Origin: a virus
DNA: 61,470 bases
Strand: one strand, 5' to 3'
Virus record (IMG/VR): IMGVR_UViG_3300037755_000302
The notes under the pieces were generated by a model, which worked only from the letters and a program-made list of their open reading frames with translations, was not told where the DNA came from and did not search any database. Positions 8,764 to 16,342 of the stretch are shown in pieces. Every line of letters starts with the position of its first letter. Position 1 is the first letter of the stretch. Position numbers and translations under genes: made by a program.

Positions 8764-9059
8764 GCTGCGCCTCCCAACCCAAAATATCCGTTATCCTCTA
8801 GGAACTTACTGCCTTTTGTGGTAAGCTTTACTTCAGTCCACGGATAGGTTTTTGGAGTGGCTGCGATGTATCCGTTGTCAATCAGCCCCTGGACTGTTCT
8901 GGCGATCACTTGGTTGTCGGTGGCTTCGAAATTCGAGAACTCACCGGACTGCGCCAGATGGTTGAGAACGAGTGCCGGATCGCGCTGCTCCTTGCGCTTG
9001 AGATCGGCGAGGCCGGTGTCGAAACTGCAAACGTGGAAGCTGTGATTGTGCCTAGCCAT
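8760..9059 (-). CDS. hypothetical protein, 99 aa
   Basis: 4-nt overlap with the upstream gene. Confidence 0.6.
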   Translation of the reverse strand: MARHNHSFHVCSFDTGLADLKRKEQRDPALVLNHLAQSGEFSNFEATDNQVIARTVQGLIDNGYIAATPKTYPWTEVKLTTKGSKFLEDNGYFGLGGAA

Positions 9060-9438
9060 TGACGCCTCCCTTTATGCGATTGATTATGGAGCGGAGGGCG
9101 TCAAGATTGGAAGAACCACAAAATCCTTGTGATGCAGTGTTCAGAAGAAGCTCCGCCTGCTCGACAAGCTCTGTGACCCCAAGTGACGAAAGGACAAGAT
9201 CCCTCGGTAATCTGACAGCAGCCTCGGTGTCTCCGACCTTGCCGGAAAGCTCTTCAGGAACAGGATCGAGATGCTTGCCGATAAAGACGAAACTTCCGCT
9301 ATCATCGTCGAGGACGGCAGGACATGACGCGCCGATATCGCATCTGTGTTCCGCTGGCGTCAGATCCGTATAGACCGCGGGGCATGCGCCTATGCTGCAA
9401 CGATGCTGAGGGGCGGTGATGTCGGTGAGCTTACGCAT
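9052..9438 (-). CDS. hypothetical protein with internal duplication (HRCSIGACPAV / HRCDIGASCPAV)
   Basis: 128-aa ORF with an 8-nt overlap with the methyltransferase gene. Confidence 0.6.
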   Translation of the reverse strand: MRKLTDITAPQHRCSIGACPAVYTDLTPAEHRCDIGASCPAVLDDDSGSFVFIGKHLDPVPEELSGKVGDTEAAVRLPRDLVLSSLGVTELVEQAELLLNTASQGFCGSSNLDALRSIINRIKGGVNG

Positions 9439-10156
9439 TGGCGGTGCCTCCCGCAGAGAGAATGGCTCTGCCGATTATTTCCGGGATTTGGGGGACGAGC
9501 GAGTTTCCGCAGCCTTCAGCTCTCCCCATCCTATCGGGAGCCCCATCATTAGTTCGAGGAGTGAGGGGTGAGGCATCACCCCATTGTTCTCGGAGCCACG
9601 TTTTCCAGTCAGATACTCGGTCAGAGACGGGGCGTAGCCCTCGTTCCCATAGGCCAGATAGCCCCTGGATTTTCTCGGCGTGGGCAACAATGAACAGCCT
9701 CGGGCGATCGTGTGGCAAACCAACGGCGTGCGCCGGTATGCGATCCCATTCCGCGTCCATCCCGCAGCCGGCCAGGGCTCCGAGAACTTCGCCCATCCCT
9801 CGATCAAGCAACGCTGCCACGTTCTCCAGCAAGACGAATTTTGGTCGTACCACGCGAATGGCTCGCACCACCTCCCGGAAGAGTCCCGAACGCTCTCCGG
9901 CAAGTCCAGCGCCTCGTCCTGCAAAAGAAATGTCTTGGCATGGCCAGCCTGCGGTGATGACATCTGCTTCGCCTTCCATGAATTCGCGCGTTGTGATATC
10001 GTCATGGCAAGGGACATCTGGCCAATGCTTCGCGAGCACGCGGCGACAAAACGGATCGATTTCGCAGAAGCCCACGGTTTTAAAACCGCCAGTACGTTCA
10101 AGCCCAAGGCTGAAAGCCCCAAGCCCGCTAAACAGATCGAGCACACGATAGGTCAT
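9431..10156 (-). CDS. DNA (cytosine-5)-methyltransferase, short phage type
   Basis: Motif I DLFSGLGAFSLG, motif IV GWPCQDIS, motif VI ENV, motif VIII PHDRPRLFIVA, motif X GNSLVPQIPEIIGRAI. Confidence 0.85.
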   Translation of the reverse strand: MTYRVLDLFSGLGAFSLGLERTGGFKTVGFCEIDPFCRRVLAKHWPDVPCHDDITTREFMEGEADVITAGWPCQDISFAGRGAGLAGERSGLFREVVRAIRVVRPKFVLLENVAALLDRGMGEVLGALAGCGMDAEWDRIPAHAVGLPHDRPRLFIVAHAEKIQGLSGLWERGLRPVSDRVSDWKTWLREQWGDASPLTPRTNDGAPDRMGRAEGCGNSLVPQIPEIIGRAILSAGGTANA

Positions 10157-10500
10157 ACCCGCTCTCCCACTGGCTGGAATGGCTTTGAACTGGATACAGA
10201 TGGAATAGGGGCTGTAAGCCTCTCAGGAAGCTCCACAGGGCCGAGTTCGAACGTCGCGACCTCTGACATCACCTCATGGTAATCGCCCCTGTACGGGCCT
10301 GTGAGAAGCCCGAAGGTTCTCATCCAGAACACGGCGGTCTTGGCGTCATAGCAGCCGAACAGCCATTCCTGGATGATGGCGTGCTTTAAATCCGTGGGAG
10401 TCTCGTAGCTGGGGCCGCGCAGATCGATATTGACAGTGTCAACATCGTTGTGAATTAACGCTTGTGAATTGCGTTCAGAAGAGTTATTTATCTCTTGCAT
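10153..10500 (-). CDS. hypothetical protein, 115 aa, translationally coupled to the methyltransferase
   Basis: ATGA overlap at 10153-10156. Confidence 0.6.
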   Translation of the reverse strand: MQEINNSSERNSQALIHNDVDTVNIDLRGPSYETPTDLKHAIIQEWLFGCYDAKTAVFWMRTFGLLTGPYRGDYHEVMSEVATFELGPVELPERLTAPIPSVSSSKPFQPVGERV

Positions 10501-10675
10501 TTGAACGTGACCTCCTCGTCACCGCTAAATGTTGTGTATCTCCGGCCTTGGAGCGGTCGTCCAGAAGCTCCCAAAACCATCCTTCGAAATTGCTTGGCAG
10601 GGCTGTTGGCAGCAGCCCTCCAACACTTTCGGCCCAATCGGTACGCATACATCCCAAAACCATCCGATCAGACCG

Positions 10676-11848
10676 TCACGCCGCAAACGCGGTTCTGTGA
10701 CCCACCTCCCCTGTCCGGTCGATGATGTAGTTGACCCGCTTCGACGAACGCTTGCGCTCGACATTGCCGAAGGATTGGAGGATGGTGCTGAAGTCGTTCG
10801 GGCTGAGCGGCTTGTGGTTGCCCAGCTTGCACCGCTTCACATACGACTTGTAGGCATCCGATCCGCCTACACGAGTGGTTTCACCCGCCTTCACATGGCT
10901 CTTGATCCAGCTTTCGACGTGCATCTTGCGGATGATGTCTGCGCTGGGCCTGTCATCGATGCTGCTGCCGAGGCGGGGCTTCTTGTTGTCCACCACGACA
11001 TGCGGCTTCTTGCGCTCGGTCTCCGGCTCGCTGACGGGTGTAAGCGGCACGGGCGGTGTGTCGGGGACCGGTTCGGCTTCAGGCGCTTCCTGCGGCTCCT
11101 GTGCAGCCTGTGGCGTTGCCTCTTCCTCACGGAGCAATTGCCAGCCATGGAGTGCAAGCGGGAGTGCAAACACCCTCGCAAACATCCAGAAGGCGATTTC
11201 CAGAAGCGACAGCATGTCGATCCAGAACTGTTCGTTCTGTCCGGCGTAGCGTGTCACCAGTGCAGCCTCGGGAAGTCCGGTTGCATGGACATCCTCGATC
11301 CGTGTATCCCACTTGCTTTCAAGCTTGACGATGCGAGCGAGGGCAGCATCAAGGCCGGTCTGTATTTTCCCGGCCTCGGTCTTGAGGTCTTTGCAGGTGT
11401 CGCCGCAGCCGCCACGGCCAGCTTCCGCCTGCACTTCCCTGTTTTTATCGGCCAGTCGTTTCTCAATGGCGTCGCGGCGATCGTAAGCTTGCCGCAGCTC
11501 CGAACGGATGCGGTCGCCATCGTTGGTGTAGGCATCCCGCTTCGTCACCATGTCGGCTTGAGCGCCTACATGAAGCCGCAATTCCTGCTTAAGAGTTACG
11601 CCCATGGCGAAGATGAGCGCGATGGTTGCGCCGGCCGCGACGCCACGATGCCCCTTGCGCCAGCACAGGCCGATGACAAGGATTGCAGCAGCTTCCCAGG
11701 CGACGATAGACACCACGCCGATTGCACGGAGCCACTGTTGCCACGGCTCCGGCGCTGAGTTGAAGGCCGTCGTGAAAAGTGTAACCGCAGAAATCGTTAT
11801 CAAAACGAGTGCAGCAGTCACCATGACGGCACCGATGAACGTGCGCAT
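10676..11848 (-). CDS. multi-pass membrane protein with coiled-coil and a C-terminal wHTH-like domain, 390 aa
   Basis: Several hydrophobic helices (VMVTAALVLITISAV, VVSIVAWEAAAILVIGL, IAFWMFARVFALPLAL), a Pro/Glu linker, and a C-terminal AYKSYVKRCKLGNHKPLSPNDFSTIL. Confidence 0.7.
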   Translation of the reverse strand: MRTFIGAVMVTAALVLITISAVTLFTTAFNSAPEPWQQWLRAIGVVSIVAWEAAAILVIGLCWRKGHRGVAAGATIALIFAMGVTLKQELRLHVGAQADMVTKRDAYTNDGDRIRSELRQAYDRRDAIEKRLADKNREVQAEAGRGGCGDTCKDLKTEAGKIQTGLDAALARIVKLESKWDTRIEDVHATGLPEAALVTRYAGQNEQFWIDMLSLLEIAFWMFARVFALPLALHGWQLLREEEATPQAAQEPQEAPEAEPVPDTPPVPLTPVSEPETERKKPHVVVDNKKPRLGSSIDDRPSADIIRKMHVESWIKSHVKAGETTRVGGSDAYKSYVKRCKLGNHKPLSPNDFSTILQSFGNVERKRSSKRVNYIIDRTGEVGHRTAFAA

Positions 11849-12166
11849 TTACAAATCTTTCTCGGTTGTTTAGACTACGCAGCACGAGACACCGTTTTAC
11901 TCAGGGGGACTTCACAAGTCGGGAAGGCTGGCGGGCCTGTTCCCGGCTTTCGCTTTTTCAGTGCTTCACATCCGGGATAAGCGGATCGCAGCGAAGCGAC
12001 GGACTACGCCCATCGGCCTGCCACACGAATTCCAGAGACCAGTTCCAGAATTGAAGAGCCCTTCGATCCTGGTGACCGCGAATTCTGAAATAACGGAGCG
12101 CTCTCCGTTCATCGGAGACGCAACGCCTCAGTTCCAGAATCCATAGCCAGCAAAGCTGCTTTGGGT

Positions 12167-12217
12167 TATGCCAAGAAAGAAGCGGGATAAATCGAACCCT
12201 CTTCATGTCTTGGCATA
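12167..12217. other. 51-nt imperfect hairpin (10-bp perfect outer stem TATGCCAAGA/TCTTGGCATA plus 8-bp inner stem with one mismatch)
   Basis: Read directly from the sequence. It lies in a poorly coding 0.5-kb segment that also has other palindromes and direct repeats. Confidence 0.5.
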
Positions 12218-12387
12218 GGCCCCTGTATCCGCCGATCGTCAGTCCGCGAATTCGCATGTCAGCCTCCGTCTTCACCGCCTGGCAGCAGGCTCGTGGCGGC
12301 ATCCAGATATTCAGTTACGCCGTAGATGATCGCTATGACGGCAACGCCGATGGCGAGTGGGGATGTATTCCATTGTCAGTCTCCTGT

Positions 12388-12585
12388 TCAGGCGGCTTCA
12401 GCGTCGCGCTCTGGGCCGGTTTCCATCTCGATGCCATCGACAAGCATGACGCCAGTCTTGGTGGCATGCTCAAAGCACTTCTCGATCTGTCCGATGTCCC
12501 TGATGGTGTAGGTCCGATCAAGTTTGGCGATCTGGTTGCCGTCATGGTCGCAAAGGTCGGCGCAGATGTTCAGATCGTAGGCCAT
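12388..12585 (-). CDS. hypothetical protein, 65 aa
   Basis: ATG is preceded by GGAGACTGACA, a 15-bp initiation region repeated at 12370-12384. Confidence 0.5.
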   Translation of the reverse strand: MAYDLNICADLCDHDGNQIAKLDRTYTIRDIGQIEKCFEHATKTGVMLVDGIEMETGPERDAEAA

Positions 12586-12645
12586 TGTCAGTCTCCATGT
12601 ATGCCCGGCAGCGTCTTGCCGCCGGGCTGGGTGAAACGTTAGGGA

Positions 12646-13449
12646 TTAGAAGCGGTAGTTCAGGCCAGCCTTGATGATCTGAAGTTCGAGATCAGGATGG
12701 AAATTGTCCGTGGCGTGATCACCGGAATAGCGGTAATCAACTTCGCCGAGGTCGATGTAGAGATACTCACCGACGAGGCTGACGCTCTCGGTCAGTTTCC
12801 ATTCCAGACCGCCACCGACTGTCCAGCCAATGTGATTTTCATCAGCGCTGGCGAAGGACGCCGATTCCGTGACCTTGCCGACATCGTGGATGGAGTTGAC
12901 GGAAGACTCGACCATCGCCCAAGCCAGACCGCCGGTCGCATACGCCAGAAGGCTCGGCTGAACCAGATAGCCAGCACGAAGGCGAGCGGTGCCGAAATAT
13001 TCGATTTCTGTAGTGGCGTCCCAGACCGGATTTCCTTTATTGTCAGGGTCCAGTCCGACAGGATAAGGAACGAAACGCTCAGTGCTGCTCAGGTCGCCGT
13101 AAGCTACGTCAATGACGCCGCCGAGAACGACATTGCCGAACTGCTTATCAGCGCCAAAACCTATGCCGCCGAACCAGTCCTCGTCACCAATGTTCTGACT
13201 GGAGCCGTCAAAGGTGATCGCCGGGTATTTCTTCGCGTCGTCATACGAGAACGGTCCATCCCAATCGGCCCATGCCCATCCGCCGAAAACGCCGAAGTGC
13301 AATCCGGTCCAGTCTGCCGACGTGTGCACGGGCTGGTCAGCGCTCTGATCAAGGACGCCATCCAGAAGGTCCGAAGCGTTTGCAGATGCAGCCAGAGCGA
13401 AAAAACTCGCGGCGAGGATCGGAACTGTGTTGATTTTGAGACGTGTCAT
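12646..13449 (-). CDS. outer-membrane beta-barrel protein, Omp25/Omp31 (OMP_b-brl) type, with signal peptide
   Basis: Signal peptide ILAASFFALAASANA, alternating beta-strand pattern, and C-terminal ...IKAGLNYRF ending in aromatic Phe. Confidence 0.8.
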   Translation of the reverse strand: MTRLKINTVPILAASFFALAASANASDLLDGVLDQSADQPVHTSADWTGLHFGVFGGWAWADWDGPFSYDDAKKYPAITFDGSSQNIGDEDWFGGIGFGADKQFGNVVLGGVIDVAYGDLSSTERFVPYPVGLDPDNKGNPVWDATTEIEYFGTARLRAGYLVQPSLLAYATGGLAWAMVESSVNSIHDVGKVTESASFASADENHIGWTVGGGLEWKLTESVSLVGEYLYIDLGEVDYRYSGDHATDNFHPDLELQIIKAGLNYRF

Positions 13450-13540
13450 CTGTATAATCCTAGTTGTGAAGAACTTCGTTTAATTGTGTGACTTTCAAGC
13501 CACTTCAGTGCCCGCTCAGCGCCAACTGGCGGGATCTCGT

Positions 13541-13738
13541 TCAGGCGGATGTGCCTGCCTTCCGCCATTTCTGTTTCGGAGATTTAAGAGCCTGCAACCG
13601 CGCGTTCACCGGCATCCTCGCCAGTTCCGTTTCAACGTCCCGCTCAAGCCGGATTATGTTTCCAGCCTCGTCTTCATAGGCGATAGAGGGGTTTCCGTTG
13701 ACGATGACGCGCTTTGCGTTTGGGGGGAGCTTTTTCAT
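13541..13738 (-). CDS. hypothetical protein, 65 aa
   Basis: 4-nt overlap with the upstream HNH gene. Confidence 0.55.
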   Translation of the reverse strand: MKKLPPNAKRVIVNGNPSIAYEDEAGNIIRLERDVETELARMPVNARLQALKSPKQKWRKAGTSA

Positions 13739-14133
13739 GCTGCCATCCCGACCGCGCGTTTGATGCGCTTCTCAGCCCGCTCTATACGGGTGTTAAGACG
13801 ACGGCGAACCCATGCGGCGGTGATGCCGGTGTCGCCAAGCGGAATATCGTTCTGATGCAGGATGCGGCGGAACCAGGCTGGCGAGCCGTTCGACTTCGCG
13901 GCATTGCAGGCAAAGCACGCGGCCTTGATGTTCTCTCGGACAGTCTGGCCGCCCTTCGAGCGCGGCGTCAGATGCTCGGCAGTGGCGACGGTCATCCGCT
14001 CCTTGCAGTAGACGCAACGGGATTTCTGCTCGATCTTGGCGTCGGAGCGCAGCATCTTGAGGAACATGCGCTCGGTCGCAGCCATGCGGTGCGGCGTGGC
14101 GTGGACGTGCTTGGAAGAGGTCTTTGCTCTCAT
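13735..14133 (-). CDS. HNH endonuclease
   Basis: CVYCKERMTVATAEHLTPRSKGG...AACFACNAAKSN. Confidence 0.8.
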   Translation of the reverse strand: MRAKTSSKHVHATPHRMAATERMFLKMLRSDAKIEQKSRCVYCKERMTVATAEHLTPRSKGGQTVRENIKAACFACNAAKSNGSPAWFRRILHQNDIPLGDTGITAAWVRRRLNTRIERAEKRIKRAVGMAA

Positions 14134-14324
14134 GCTGCGAGCCTCCGGCGCTTTTTGCGCGGACCGCGAAGCTCATGCAGAGCGTTATAGACAGCCGCTT
14201 CAGTCGCCCCCATGATCGACTTGATTTCGCCAGTGTCCTTGCCTTCGTTCCATAGGCGGAGAGCTTCTTCGCGCTCGCTGCTGTGGAGCAGGGTTTTCAG
14301 GTTGGATAGACGCCGGTCGGTCAT
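14130..14324 (-). CDS. small HTH protein resembling the GcrA N-terminal DNA-binding domain (64 aa from ATG 14324)
   Basis: SEREEALRLWNEGKDTGEIKSIMGATEAAVYNALHELRG followed by a basic tail. ATGA overlap with the upstream ORF. The ORF-track start (TTG 14402) is rejected. Confidence 0.55.
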   Translation of the reverse strand: MTDRRLSNLKTLLHSSEREEALRLWNEGKDTGEIKSIMGATEAAVYNALHELRGPRKKRRRLAA

Positions 14325-14560
14325 GCCGCCCTCTTCATCGGAAGTTTGTCGCGAGACACAGGCGGGCAGCCGGAATACGCCAGAGCGCTGTGAAAGCTGC
14401 AATATGAGCTTCCCGACACTCTGTCGTGGCCGCAGAATTTATGGGGCGGCTCGCCCGTAACCGGCCAGCGGCACATCTGCTCAGTGAGATCGAGCAACGG
14501 GATCATCAGCGGAGCCGGAGCGCCATCGGCGATTTGCTTTTTCGGTTTCCATCCAGCCAT
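14321..14560 (-). CDS. GcrA C-terminal-domain-like protein (79 aa from ATG 14560)
   Basis: LLDLTEQMCRWPVTGEPPHKFCGHDRVSGSSYCSFHSALAY matches the conserved GcrA C-terminal signature as I remember it. The upstream 100 codons of the ORF-track form look non-coding. Confidence 0.6.
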   Translation of the reverse strand: MAGWKPKKQIADGAPAPLMIPLLDLTEQMCRWPVTGEPPHKFCGHDRVSGSSYCSFHSALAYSGCPPVSRDKLPMKRAA

Positions 14561-14580
14561 CGTTTCGTTCCGTGTAGGGC

Positions 14581-14611
14581 GGTCCCCGACCGATGGGGGC
14601 AGTCGGGGACC
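14581..14611. promoter_or_regulatory. perfect 10-bp-stem hairpin GGTCCCCGAC-(11 nt)-GTCGGGGACC
   Basis: Read directly from the sequence. Located in the 218-bp gap between the HNH gene and the GcrA-like pair, with no clear U-tract. Confidence 0.5.
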
Positions 14612-14777
14612 TAGGGCACACTGAGAGGGAGAGGAATGGTCACGAAAGGAACAAGCCGAAACTTGAAAGCATTCGATGTCCAACCCCTTTACGCTACGCT
14701 TACTGCCGGCGACGCGGAACATGCCGGGACACAACCAAACGCCACGCGAACGAGGGAGGTACGCAGGGTTACAACTC

Positions 14778-15314
14778 TTAGGCGGTAGCCAAACACTGCC
14801 TCGCCTTGCGAATGACCTCTTGGTAGTAGTGCCAAGAGAAGGTTTCCTTCCTCGGGTCATTCGGATTCAGGTAATCAAAATCTATGCCAATGGGTGCGAA
14901 CCAGTACATTTGGTTAATCGGAGCAACGCCGGAAACGAGTGCACTGATAAGACGCGAATTCCGTCCGTACTTTTCCATGTGTCCCGGCTGTTTCAGGAAA
15001 TCCCAAACGCCGATAACTCGCATCCAGTTCAGTTTCTTCTTGTAACGATCGACCGCATTGTCGAACGCAGTGCCGAGAAACAGATGAAACGGGTTCACAC
15101 ACCTTTTGTTGTCACAGTCATGGCAGACGAAAATGCCTTCTGGGATCGGTCCCCAATGCATAGTCCATGAAAACCTGTGAGCAAGATGACTGCGAAACTG
15201 ACCATATTCTGAGGCCTCGCCCAGTTTTTTCCAGTTCCAGCAACCAGTCTCAGGATCGATTTCCATCCTTGACTTGAAGTCGTCCTGTATGTTCTGCGCG
15301 GTCTGCATCGTCAT
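14778..15314 (-). CDS. HNH-family homing-endonuclease-like protein
   Basis: CWNWK...HRFSWTMHWGPIPEGIFVCHDCDNKRCVNPFHLFLGT..DN. Visibly AT-richer than the flanks. Confidence 0.75.
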   Translation of the reverse strand: MTMQTAQNIQDDFKSRMEIDPETGCWNWKKLGEASEYGQFRSHLAHRFSWTMHWGPIPEGIFVCHDCDNKRCVNPFHLFLGTAFDNAVDRYKKKLNWMRVIGVWDFLKQPGHMEKYGRNSRLISALVSGVAPINQMYWFAPIGIDFDYLNPNDPRKETFSWHYYQEVIRKARQCLATA

Positions 15315-15316
15315 TC

Positions 15317-15562
15317 CTAAGCGGCTGCGCCCTCATGCTGGCGAATAGGCCTGTCAGAGCTGCGCGCCATCAAATTCGCGTTGTAGATCTGATCGACGGA
15401 GACCTTCGCCAGCGTCATGATCAGATCCCAGTACTCATCCGGTATGCCGTTCTTGTTCCACTTGTAGATGGCCCAATGCGTCCGCCCGACTTTCTTCGAA
15501 AGCTCTACGGGTCCGCCGCAACGCTGGACAATCTGCTGGCATGTGAGAATGTGATTTGACAT
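15317..15562 (-). CDS. Cro-like DNA-binding protein
   Basis: 81 aa, divergent from the repressor gene. HTH-like ELSKKVGRTHWAIYKWNKNGIP. Confidence 0.7.
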   Translation of the reverse strand: MSNHILTCQQIVQRCGGPVELSKKVGRTHWAIYKWNKNGIPDEYWDLIMTLAKVSVDQIYNANLMARSSDRPIRQHEGAAA

Positions 15563-15570
15563 TTCATGGC

Positions 15571-15600
15571 ATTATATTGGACTATAATTCCAAAGATCAA
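15571..15600 (-). promoter_or_regulatory. PR-like sigma70 promoter for the cro-like gene (TTGATC-18 nt-TATAAT)
   Basis: The -10 is a perfect TATAAT ending 8 nt before the cro ATG, implying a near-leaderless mRNA. The operator 15577-15593 lies in the spacer. Confidence 0.5.
15577..15593. promoter_or_regulatory. operator-like palindrome TTGGA-N7-TCCAA (copy 1)
   Basis: The same half-sites and 7-nt spacing recur at 16343-16359 and 16383-16399. Confidence 0.55.
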
Positions 15601-15648
15601 GCGTTTTTTTCCAGTGCCCTGCCTGTGATCTCCATTATTGTGGAAATC

Positions 15649-16308
15649 ATGAGATGGCATGAACGCATGGTAAGATTGATGAACGAGAGGGGGTGGTCAC
15701 AGACAGTGCTCGCCGAGCGCTCTGGCATCCCCTATCACCAGATAACGAAATACGCGCGCGGCGCTGTGGATCAGCCGCGCGGGAACACTATAAGTAAAAT
15801 TGCTGAAGCTCTGGATGTATCAGAACAGTTTCTGATCTTTGGGGTTGATAACGCAGATAAATTATTCAATTATGACAAGTTGCCCAATGTAGAAGAAAGC
15901 TTGCGCGTCCCGAAAGTTACACTGAAAGACCTGTCTAATTATAAAGCGGGACACGATATTCTAAGCATCTGGTCTGGGGACATGAGCACACCAATCGATC
16001 GGGCGCATAGCGCGTCCTGTTTTACCGTCGATGTTGATGATAACAGCATGCTGCCGCAATTCTCGGTTGGCGACACCTTGCTTTGTGACCCGGAAGCCAC
16101 AATAGAACCAGGCGATTACGTCCTTGCCATCGCAAATGGCAGCGATAAGGCCGTATTCAGGAAGTATCGCCTTGCGAAGGCCGCTGGCAACGGCACACCG
16201 AGGATCGAGCTTCGCCCCCTGAATGCCGATTACCCCATTGACCTGATCGACACCGACCACCCCGGACGGATCATCTGTCGCTGCATGGCGGTCATCAAGA
16301 ACCTGTAG
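15649..16308 (+). CDS. CI-type repressor (XRE HTH plus S24 LexA-like autopeptidase)
   Basis: HTH GWSQTVLAERSGIPYHQITKYARG. S24 motifs DDNSMLPQFSVGD (Ser) and VFRKYRL (Lys). The start may be ATG 15649 or ATG 15667. Confidence 0.85.
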   Translation: MRWHERMVRLMNERGWSQTVLAERSGIPYHQITKYARGAVDQPRGNTISKIAEALDVSEQFLIFGVDNADKLFNYDKLPNVEESLRVPKVTLKDLSNYKAGHDILSIWSGDMSTPIDRAHSASCFTVDVDDNSMLPQFSVGDTLLCDPEATIEPGDYVLAIANGSDKAVFRKYRLAKAAGNGTPRIELRPLNADYPIDLIDTDHPGRIICRCMAVIKNL

Positions 16309-16342
16309 CGGAAATATCACCGAATCACCCTCTGTAAATAAA

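Noticed and set aside
9475-10146. A 223-aa alternative-frame ORF on the same strand as the C5-methyltransferase. It contains methylase-looking strings (LLPTPRK..., LLELMMGLPIGW), which suggested a frameshifted gene.
   Set aside because: The 9431..10156 frame alone contains motifs I, IV, VI, VIII and X in order, plus the typical short-phage C-terminus (W..P..R..G.PDR..R..GN..VPQIPE). LLPTP is encoded by the same nucleotides as the FIVAHA of motif VIII, so both cannot be used. I treat it as a shadow ORF. An HMM alignment in both frames would settle it.
10529-11758. A 409-aa plus-strand ORF antisense to the membrane-protein gene, and similar long antisense ORFs opposite omp (12697..13491), dnaB (6472..7311), portal (55603..56343) and terL (57477..58172).
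   Set aside because: They have no recognisable motifs and Arg/Gly/Leu-rich composition. Each lies opposite a gene with strong family signatures.
12179-12204. GGGTTCGAT-like string (minus strand) considered as a T-arm of a tRNA or tRNA remnant.
   Set aside because: No acceptor, D-arm or anticodon arm can be built around it. It forms the inner stem of a simple long hairpin instead.
14321-14860. The full 179-aa ORF-track form of the GcrA-C-like gene.
   Set aside because: The first 100 codons are Arg/Ser/Pro-rich, span a perfect hairpin and overlap the end of the HNH gene. GcrA-like similarity starts right after the internal ATG at 14560.
15556-15648. A TTG start at 15556 for the CI repressor gene.
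   Set aside because: It would overlap the cro start and the operator/promoter. The HTH begins shortly after ATG 15649/15667.
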